The notes beneath the pieces were generated by a model. The model was not told where the DNA came from. It did not search any database and saw nothing but the letters and a program-made list of their open reading frames with translations. A program made the translations under genes and the position numbers. Shown here one piece after another: positions 56,969 through 64,000 of a stretch of DNA of 64,000 nucleotides (positions are counted from its first letter, which is position 1; every line of letters begins with the position of its first letter). The stretch is from a virus: the IMG/VR virus record IMGVR_UViG_3300021092_000008. One strand, 5' to 3'.

Positions 56969-57010
56969 CCCCCTGACCCTGTAGACTAACCACACACACA
57001 CAGACACCAC

Positions 57011-57211
57011 ATGAATTTCGCAACCGCCACCCCCGAGCAACTCACCGCCGCTGGGTTCAAGTTCAAGACCGTCCGCCCCCGCCGCCCACGTAAGGGTGAG
57101 TTGATCTGTGAGATGGTCAAGTTCAGCACCAAGCGAGGCAGTCAGCAGTGGCGAGATCGTGCTCACATCGCCTCTCCCAGCGCCTACGCTGTTGTGATGG
57201 GCAACGGTTGA
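57011..57211 (+). CDS. small basic early protein
   Basis: ORF after TAGACT and C/A-rich leader. Confidence 0.65.
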   Translation: MNFATATPEQLTAAGFKFKTVRPRRPRKGELICEMVKFSTKRGSQQWRDRAHIASPSAYAVVMGNG

Positions 57212-57220
57212 TCCTAGCAC

Positions 57221-57298
57221 ACCCCCAGGGGGGGCAGTGGTTTGCCCCCGCCCCCTAGGTGGGCGGCGCGCCGAGCGGGTCCCATATTTGACCCTCTC
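57221..57298. other. GC-rich multi-hairpin element at early/late boundary
   Basis: GGGGGCA/TGCCCCC, CCGCCC/GGGCGG and GGGTC/GACCC stems; GGCGCGCC palindrome. Confidence 0.6.
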
Positions 57299-57326
57299 TA
57301 ACCTACAAAAGTATCCAGACGACCGA

Positions 57327-57334
57327 AATAAATA
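57327..57334 (+). promoter_or_regulatory. late promoter
   Basis: AATAAATA. Confidence 0.6.
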
Positions 57335-57393
57335 ACGATAGGATCCCTAATCCAAAAAATTTCCGCCACAAAAAAATCACCCCAAAAGTCGCC

Positions 57394-57642
57394 ATGAAAC
57401 AGAAAGTAACTTATAAGACTTCAGATGGTACTCTAAAGGAACAATTCTTTGATAACTTCAATGAGTTTGCCGATAGCATGGAGTCCATTGCTGATCAATA
57501 TTATACTGGGTTAAACGCCCCTCAAGTCAATGTAGACACCATCTACGATGATGGTCTCATTAAAAAGGAGAATGTAACAAATGTGGAATTACGAGATGGA
57601 GGAGCGCCTGAACTCCTTAACGAGATTGGTCAACAGTTTTAA
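57394..57642 (+). CDS. hypothetical protein
   Basis: ORF. Confidence 0.65.
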   Translation: MKQKVTYKTSDGTLKEQFFDNFNEFADSMESIADQYYTGLNAPQVNVDTIYDDGLIKKENVTNVELRDGGAPELLNEIGQQF

Positions 57643-57784
57643 AGAAAAACTCGACCAAATACCAATGCCTTTTAAATTTATGTACAAACCACCTAATCGA
57701 GAAGAGCATATAAATCTTGTAGAATATTTAAACGAAATTGATAAACGATTAAAAGAGGTAGAAGATAAATGCCGCTCCTTGTAG
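57581..57784 (+). CDS. hypothetical protein
   Basis: AAGGAG upstream; coiled-coil-like. Confidence 0.6.
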   Translation: MWNYEMEERLNSLTRLVNSFKEKLDQIPMPFKFMYKPPNREEHINLVEYLNEIDKRLKEVEDKCRSL

Positions 57785-58143
57785 GTCCAACCACTCCAGA
57801 TACAACATCAATCAATGGACCGTGTACATATCCAGCAAAACCTGTAACGTCACCTTACCAATCACCAAATGTGTATATTAACAAAACACAGGTAAAGTTT
57901 ATACATGCAGCGTTACCACCAGATACTGTTAATGGAACACCAAACAATCCATTAATTCCCTGTGTGGTGCCTGTAGCAGGCAGGAAGGTAGTTACGACTG
58001 TTAATACGAATGTATACATCAATAAACTTTTACCAGCGGTACAAGGCGATGCTACAGAATTAACATCATTTCCAGGTACTAAGAGATTATTTGTTGCTCC
58101 TTTTCAGTACCCTACCGTAATTATTGCTAATCAAAAAAAATAG
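57769..58143 (+). CDS. PAAR-like spike protein (gp5.4-like)
   Basis: repeated NVYIN motifs, PAVQGD; position ahead of gp25. Confidence 0.55.
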   Translation: MPLLVGPTTPDTTSINGPCTYPAKPVTSPYQSPNVYINKTQVKFIHAALPPDTVNGTPNNPLIPCVVPVAGRKVVTTVNTNVYINKLLPAVQGDATELTSFPGTKRLFVAPFQYPTVIIANQKK

Positions 58144-58176
58144 TGGTATAATTAGAAAGTCTTAACGAGGTAAATA

Positions 58177-58320
58177 ATGGCAAAGCGTCCGTCATTCACA
58201 ACTAAGGTTGTTATCGAATCCAAACCCAAGTGTACTCGTCAGGGTATGGGGAAACATACGAAATATGCTGCTACGTCCCGTAATGGCGCTAGAAAGAGGT
58301 ATCGTGGGCAGGGTCGCTGA
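58177..58320 (+). CDS. small basic protein
   Basis: GAGG RBS; KPK.TRQG.GKHTKY..TSRN..RKRYRGQG. Confidence 0.75.
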   Translation: MAKRPSFTTKVVIESKPKCTRQGMGKHTKYAATSRNGARKRYRGQGR

Positions 58321-58732
58321 AGATATTAATGAATGGATAAATAACGTTACAAGACCACAGGAGGCGCTTGGAGGGTTTCCTGTATGTCCATATGCTGCTA
58401 AAGCGACTTATTGTATTAAAGAATGTACTTTGAGCGATGTCGGTCCTGTTGAAGGGGTTGATATCGCTATTTTTGTAGTTGGGGATTGTGAAGTTTGTCA
58501 GATGATGCAGCGTTGCTCTGAACTCAACATGATTTATAGAGACTATATATTTTTAGACGACCATAGCTCTGAACCATCCTACATTAATGGGGTTCAGACA
58601 AACTGTGCAAAGCATAACGTAATTATAGTTCAGCGACGTGATGACCTTTTGGATGCTAGAAGTCATTTAAGCAAAACAGAATATTATCAGTATTGGTCAA
58701 AAGAGATGTATAATAGAATAGTCAAGGGATAG
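58304..58732 (+). CDS. DUF1415-like hypothetical protein
   Basis: WI..V....LGGFPVCPYA; GTG start. Confidence 0.6.
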   Translation: MGRVAEDINEWINNVTRPQEALGGFPVCPYAAKATYCIKECTLSDVGPVEGVDIAIFVVGDCEVCQMMQRCSELNMIYRDYIFLDDHSSEPSYINGVQTNCAKHNVIIVQRRDDLLDARSHLSKTEYYQYWSKEMYNRIVKG

Positions 58733-58773
58733 TAACCCCTTTAAAAGTTCTGTTTACTTTACGGAGAAAACAG

Positions 58774-58953
58774 ATGGCAAAGTATCAAGTAGATCGTGAT
58801 GTTGAGTTTATGAAACAAAATTGGGGTACAAATCGGTTAATTACCGATTATGTGTTAGATTCAAAGGTCAACACACCTCCAACTGATAGGTATTCTAGAC
58901 CTTGTGGAGGTAGAGGCGGATTTGATGATTATGTGGAAAGATGGCATCAATGA
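58774..58953 (+). CDS. small hypothetical protein (59 aa)
   Basis: GGAG RBS; VDR...FM...WGT..LITDY. Confidence 0.65.
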   Translation: MAKYQVDRDVEFMKQNWGTNRLITDYVLDSKVNTPPTDRYSRPCGGRGGFDDYVERWHQ

Positions 58954-58954
58954 C

Positions 58955-58962
58955 CATAAATA
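58955..58962 (+). promoter_or_regulatory. late promoter
   Basis: CATAAATA before gp25. Confidence 0.7.
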
Positions 58963-58979
58963 AATAAAAAACTCCCATA

Positions 58980-59375
58980 ATGCCTGAGTTCCAGACTTTT
59001 AAAGATCTGAATATCACATTTAAGCCCCATCCTGTAACTGGTGATCTCACCATTAAAAAGGATGAGGCTGATATTAAGCAGGCAATTACAAATTTGTTAT
59101 TGACAATTAGGGGAGAAAGAGTTTTCAATCCAGATATAGGATCGGACTTATCTAGATTATTATTTGAACCATTAGATGCAGCAACAATAACATCAGTTCA
59201 AACTGAGATTGCTAGTACGATTAGTAATTTTGAACCTAGAGTACAAATTGACGAAATCACTGCAGATATTGATTATGATAATGATGGGTATAATATAGAT
59301 CTTATTATGAGTATTATTGGCAGAGAAGATGATCCCCCAATTCAAATACAATTTTTCTTAGAGAGAAGTCGATAA
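58980..59375 (+). CDS. gp25: baseplate wedge subunit gp25
   Basis: FKDL...F..HPVT.D...I.QA..NLLLT..GER.F.P..GS...LLFEP...FEPRV. Confidence 0.92.
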   Translation: MPEFQTFKDLNITFKPHPVTGDLTIKKDEADIKQAITNLLLTIRGERVFNPDIGSDLSRLLFEPLDAATITSVQTEIASTISNFEPRVQIDEITADIDYDNDGYNIDLIMSIIGREDDPPIQIQFFLERSR

Positions 59376-61175
59376 ATGCCATACACTCAGGTTTCTAATC
59401 TAGACTTTAATGATATTAAAGTAGCGTTAAAAGATTATTTAAAGACACAATCTGATTTTACTGGTTATGATTTTGAGGGTTCTGTATGGAACACTCTTCT
59501 TGATGTGTTGGCATATAACACATACTACACGGCATTCAATACCAACATGGTAGTGAATGAACTATTTTTAGATTCTGCCACATTAAGAGATAATGTTGTA
59601 GCAATTGCTAAGCAGTTAGGATACACACCAAAGTCTGCTATTGCTCCAGAAGCAAGAGTTAATTTCCAGATTAATTTTACAGGTACAATTCCAACTACAA
59701 TCACCTTAAAGAAAGGAACTGGATTTACAACCATTTATGATGGTGATTTATATGAGTATGTTACCGTTGATAATATAACCGCTCCAGTTGTAGCTGGGGT
59801 TGCCAATTTTACAAATGTTCCAATTTACGAAGGAACTATTGTCACAAATTCATATACTATTAACACATCACTAAAAAGTCAAAGATTTATTATTCAGAAT
59901 GTGGGATTAGATGTATCATCTATTCGTGTCAAAGTTTTCGATACAGTTTCTTCGACAGCATATAAAACTTTTGAATATTCAAATAATATCCTTGATGTCA
60001 ATTCACAATCACTTGTTTTCTTTGTAGAAGAAATTGAAGACGAGAATTATGAAATTTTCTTTGGTGATGGTGTAATTGGAAAGAAATTACTTAATGGTAA
60101 TTTTGTTGAGGTTACATATTTACTCACAAATGGTTCCGCCACAAATGGTTCTAGACAATTTACATTTGCTGGCGTGTTACAAGATATTGATGGACTAACT
60201 AATTATCCATTTACAGTGACAAATGTAACTACAGCATCGATTGCTTCTGGCGGAGAAGAAGTTGAAAGTATTTCTAAAATCAAATTTAATGCTCCAAAAT
60301 ATTTTGGTACACAAGATAGAGCAGTTACGGCACAAGATTATGCTGCTATTGTAAGAAATATATACCCATCTATTTCTGATATTATCACTTATGGCGGAGA
60401 AAACGAAGTACCACCAGAATATGGAAAAGTTAAAATTGTTATTAAACCAAAAAATACCGCTTCACTATCGGTTCTAACAAAAAGAGATCTTACAGAAAAA
60501 TTAAAATCTTACATGGTAGGATCTGTGATTCCAGAAATTGTAGACCCATCTATTCTTTATCTAGAATTAATCAGTGATATATCTTTCAGTAAATCAAGAA
60601 CAACTCTTTCTGCAGCAGAAATTAAGAAAAAAGTTATTCAAACTATAGAAAAATATCTTGCTCAATCTGAAGTAGAAAAATTCAATGGTAAATTTAGATT
60701 AAGTAAAATTATTGGAACGATTGATAATACTGACCAATCAATTAATTCTAATAATACTAGAGTCATAATGAGGAAGGATTTTTATCCTGCTCTCAATTCA
60801 ACATTTTATTATGAGTTATGCTATCAGAATGAATTTGATTATGATTGTGATAGTCCTGCTGTACAATCAACTGGATTTGTTGTTAGTGAGTATCCCAACT
60901 TCACTTGCTATGTTGAAGATATGGATGGTGTGATTGTCCTATATAGATTGGATTCTCTAACTGGCGAAAAGATTGTTTTGAATGATTCTTTAGGTAAAGT
61001 TGATTATATTAAAGGTGAGGTGATGATGTACAATTTAACTATCATTAAAGGGTCTTTTGATGACAATAGAATTGAATTGAGAGTTAGACCAAAAAATGGT
61101 GATATTAATGTTTTAAGAGAAGCTTATATTGATGTAGATATTGCTCAAAGTAAATTTACGGTATATCCAGAATAA
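59376..61175 (+). CDS. gp6: baseplate wedge subunit gp6
   Basis: LDF..IK..LK.YL....F..YDFEGS....LLDVLAYNTYY; Q.RAVT..DY. Confidence 0.93.
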   Translation: MPYTQVSNLDFNDIKVALKDYLKTQSDFTGYDFEGSVWNTLLDVLAYNTYYTAFNTNMVVNELFLDSATLRDNVVAIAKQLGYTPKSAIAPEARVNFQINFTGTIPTTITLKKGTGFTTIYDGDLYEYVTVDNITAPVVAGVANFTNVPIYEGTIVTNSYTINTSLKSQRFIIQNVGLDVSSIRVKVFDTVSSTAYKTFEYSNNILDVNSQSLVFFVEEIEDENYEIFFGDGVIGKKLLNGNFVEVTYLLTNGSATNGSRQFTFAGVLQDIDGLTNYPFTVTNVTTASIASGGEEVESISKIKFNAPKYFGTQDRAVTAQDYAAIVRNIYPSISDIITYGGENEVPPEYGKVKIVIKPKNTASLSVLTKRDLTEKLKSYMVGSVIPEIVDPSILYLELISDISFSKSRTTLSAAEIKKKVIQTIEKYLAQSEVEKFNGKFRLSKIIGTIDNTDQSINSNNTRVIMRKDFYPALNSTFYYELCYQNEFDYDCDSPAVQSTGFVVSEYPNFTCYVEDMDGVIVLYRLDSLTGEKIVLNDSLGKVDYIKGEVMMYNLTIIKGSFDDNRIELRVRPKNGDINVLREAYIDVDIAQSKFTVYPE

Positions 61176-61180
61176 ACTAG

Positions 61181-64000
61181 ATGTCTGCTAGAACAAGAAC
61201 AATCTCGACTCTAGTTGAGTCACAGTTACCATCATTTATAGCAAATGATTACACACAATTTTCTAAGATCGTAGAAAAATACTACGAGCAGTTAGAAATA
61301 AAAGGTCAGCCTTTAGATATTATAAACAATATCACTAAGTATCGTGATATTAATTCTTACGAGAACGACTTACTACAGCAAAATACTACTCTTCTATCCA
61401 GTATTGTAAGTACGGATACAACTATTAATGTTGTTTCAACCAAATCTTTTCCCGATAAGAATGGTTATATTCAAATTGCTGGAGAAATTTGTTTCTACAA
61501 AGAAAAAACTGATACTGCCTTTTTAGAAGTCTCTAGAGGTGTTAGTGGAAATACTACTTTAGGTGATCTGTATAGAGAATCAGAATTTGTAACTACACAA
61601 GCTGCTCCCCACTATCAAGGAGATGTAGTACATAACATTAGTAATTTATTTTTATATGCTTTAGTAAAAAGTTTTGAAAGTCAATATCTAGGAGCATTTC
61701 CAGAAAAATATTTAAAGCAAGAAGTAGATAAAAGAACTTTAATAAAGAATATTGGTAAATTTTATAAGTCTAAAGGCACAGAAAAATCTATAAAATTTAT
61801 TTTTAATTCAATTATATCTCATGATATAAACGAAAAGGTTTCTGTTTATAACCCAAAAGATTTTACTCTCAAGGGATCTACATCAGATTGGACTTCAGTA
61901 TACTCAATTAAAGTAAAAGTATTATCTGGGGATATTCAAAAATTAATTGGCAATAAGATTAATCAATTACTAGATGATTTTGATAAATCCATTTCATATG
62001 CTTCTGCTGTTGTAGATAATGTGATTTATGCTGGTAAATCTGACAATGATGATATATACGAATTAATTTTACAACCATTATCAGTAAATGGAAATTTCAA
62101 TGTATTTTCTAAAACTACATTAAGATCTAATCTAAGTGCTTCTTCTACAACTGGAGATAGAGTCGATGTATACTCAACAAGGGGTTGGGGCAAGCAAGGA
62201 AAATTATTAATTGGATCTGAAGTCATCACATTTACACAAAAAAATGTAAATCAATTTGTTATTAACAGTAGAATTAATCCACAAAATCATAATATTAATA
62301 AAGTAGTTTATAATTATTCGACGTTAGTTGGTACACATGATTCTGGTATTGTAAATTTAATTTCAGTTGGTATTGTATATAATTTACTACCAAAAGAAGG
62401 ATATCCATATTCTGAAACTGGAGATCAGTTACAAATTTCTGATCCTGGATTTACAACAAGAGATACTGTTATTTTTGATGCTCTACAAAATTCTATTAGG
62501 TGGAAAGTAAATGATACTGCTACGAAATTTATATCTGCTTACCCATCTATCAATTCTCAAGTCAATGATTTAATTTCTGATGTTTCTGCTGTTTATGAAG
62601 ATGATCAGTATTATTACATATGCTCATCTAGTTTTCCATCTTACACAAACATCTTAAGGAACGATTTAAATCTTGTTTTAGAAGATCAAAAATTATTAAA
62701 ATTAATTAGAAAACGTCCTATTATAACAACAGAAGTATATTCAACTGGAAATAGAGATGTTGGTATTCTTATTGATGGTACACCAGCGTTTGGATATAGA
62801 GATGAGGAGTTTATCAAATATGGAAAAATTGTCAATGTTAATCTAGATTTCAAGGGTAATGCTTATAAGGCAGCACCATTTGTTTTAGTAAATGGATTGC
62901 CAAATAAAGCAAGATCAGTTTTGTCTGGCGAAACAGTTGATTCTATCATTATTGATACCGAAGAAAATTTTACCAAAGATCCTGTAATTACTATTACTTC
63001 AGGTAGAAAAGCAAAATTATCTGCTGTTGTCACCAACGGAAAAATTACTAGTATTAATATTGATGATCCTGGTGAATATTATTCTTCTCCACCAATTATA
63101 AAAATATCTGACGATCTAGGTAAAGGAAACTTTGCCGAATATGAAGCTATATTATCTCCTGATGGCAAAATTGAATCTTGTAAGTCAATTAATAATGGAA
63201 GATTTTATACAAGAGAAAATACTAGGGTAACAGTTGAACCTGTTGGTACTGGAGCTCAAGCAACAGCTTTAATCAAAAAATGGGTTAAAAATAGATATAA
63301 AAAAATTTATGATTCTTTGGATGTTAACAATGGATACGCTTTTATAAATTATGATCCAACAAAAAATTATGGATATGGATCTATTGCTAATCCCAAATTA
63401 TTGAGATATAGAGTTAATGATAATATAACTGCTGGATTTGATCAAACAAATACTCTAGTACATTCACCTATTTTAGGATATGCTTATGACGGGAATCCAA
63501 TATATGGACCATACGGATATTCAAATCCAACTGATTCTGGATCATCTGTAACACGTTTATCTAGCGGATATCAATTAATTGCTAGTAGAGAAAATGGTCC
63601 TAGCATTACAGATTATGAAATGGGAACATTTATTGATGATTATGTTTGGTTTCCTAGTGTAAATTCTGGAAAAACAGAATTAGATCAAAATAATGGAAGA
63701 TTTTGTGTCACACCAGAATATCCAAAAGGTGTTTATGCTTACTTTATCACAATCGATTCACAAAATACTCCAGTTTTTCCTTATATTTTAGGTGATAATT
63801 TTTACTCATTACCTGTAGATTCTAACTACAATTCAAAGATTTTACAAGATGATTTACCATTAAATGTCAAGAGATTAAAAACAAATTATTTTGAGAGCAA
63901 TGGAGAAAATTTATATACTTTTATACAAGATGTAAAAAGTGGAAATATTTCTTCTGTTCTTATAGAAAATTCTATTCCAAATTTTTCCGTCAACAATTCT
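61181..64000 (+). CDS. gp7: baseplate wedge initiator gp7-like protein with YHYH domain (truncated by window end)
   Basis: MSARTRTISTLVESQLP.FI...YYE..E; LIKNI..FY..KGT..S; HSPILGYAYDGNPIYGPYGY, LD.NNGRFCVTPEYP.G.YAYF; follows gp6. Confidence 0.8.
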   Translation, partial: MSARTRTISTLVESQLPSFIANDYTQFSKIVEKYYEQLEIKGQPLDIINNITKYRDINSYENDLLQQNTTLLSSIVSTDTTINVVSTKSFPDKNGYIQIAGEICFYKEKTDTAFLEVSRGVSGNTTLGDLYRESEFVTTQAAPHYQGDVVHNISNLFLYALVKSFESQYLGAFPEKYLKQEVDKRTLIKNIGKFYKSKGTEKSIKFIFNSIISHDINEKVSVYNPKDFTLKGSTSDWTSVYSIKVKVLSGDIQKLIGNKINQLLDDFDKSISYASAVVDNVIYAGKSDNDDIYELILQPLSVNGNFNVFSKTTLRSNLSASSTTGDRVDVYSTRGWGKQGKLLIGSEVITFTQKNVNQFVINSRINPQNHNINKVVYNYSTLVGTHDSGIVNLISVGIVYNLLPKEGYPYSETGDQLQISDPGFTTRDTVIFDALQNSIRWKVNDTATKFISAYPSINSQVNDLISDVSAVYEDDQYYYICSSSFPSYTNILRNDLNLVLEDQKLLKLIRKRPIITTEVYSTGNRDVGILIDGTPAFGYRDEEFIKYGKIVNVNLDFKGNAYKAAPFVLVNGLPNKARSVLSGETVDSIIIDTEENFTKDPVITITSGRKAKLSAVVTNGKITSINIDDPGEYYSSPPIIKISDDLGKGNFAEYEAILSPDGKIESCKSINNGRFYTRENTRVTVEPVGTGAQATALIKKWVKNRYKKIYDSLDVNNGYAFINYDPTKNYGYGSIANPKLLRYRVNDNITAGFDQTNTLVHSPILGYAYDGNPIYGPYGYSNPTDSGSSVTRLSSGYQLIASRENGPSITDYEMGTFIDDYVWFPSVNSGKTELDQNNGRFCVTPEYPKGVYAYFITIDSQNTPVFPYILGDNFYSLPVDSNYNSKILQDDLPLNVKRLKTNYFESNGENLYTFIQDVKSGNISSVLIENSIPNFSVNNS

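Larger units (their letters stand above)
53191..57211 (+). repeat. array of promoter+microgene cassettes
   Basis: 8-6-8 palindromes at 53191, 53436, 54301, 55120, 55480, 55730, 56010, 56512, each 30-31 nt before (C/T)ATA(C/T)T; repeated CATCAACCAAAC leaders. Confidence 0.85.

Noticed and set aside
53191-57010. Repeats as a CRISPR array
   Set aside because: Repeats are degenerate promoter elements separated by coding units of about 200-800 bp, and no cas genes are visible.
56990-57010. CA dinucleotide run as a microsatellite or phase-variation switch
   Set aside because: It is short and is more simply a variant of the C/A-rich leader used by neighbouring cassettes.

Overview
This is a 64-kb segment of a T4-like cyanophage (cyanomyovirus, Kyanoviridae-like) genome. 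It is AT-rich overall, and essentially all genes lie on the + strand. From left to right: (1) small genes, seven tRNA genes, a 2OG-Fe(II) oxygenase and a cpeT-like bilin lyase (1-4 kb). (2) A late tail-fibre/adhesin block (4-31.5 kb) containing a 3660-aa fibre protein, tail-collar proteins, four paralogous adhesins with different heads on a shared C-terminal stalk (one head is a SUEL/rhamnose-lectin domain, three are polyglycine), a 1950-aa fibre and a fibre chaperone. (3) An SF2 helicase-HNH nuclease-Dam methylase operon. (4) Many small hypothetical genes, a DenV-like gene, and a late module in which a Gly-X-Y/X-Pro-Gly-rich fibre protein is interleaved with prolyl-hydroxylase-like 2OG oxygenases (42.8-47 kb). 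(5) An early region (47.5-57.3 kb) built from promoter+microgene cassettes, each opened by a 22-bp 8-6-8 palindrome at a fixed distance from the -10 box. It includes a candidate replication origin with four tandem DnaA-box-like 9-mers and ends in a ~60% GC island capped by GC-rich hairpins. (6) Baseplate genes: PAAR-like, gp25, gp6 and gp7 (truncated). All calls come from reading motifs by eye; no database searches or folding programs were run.
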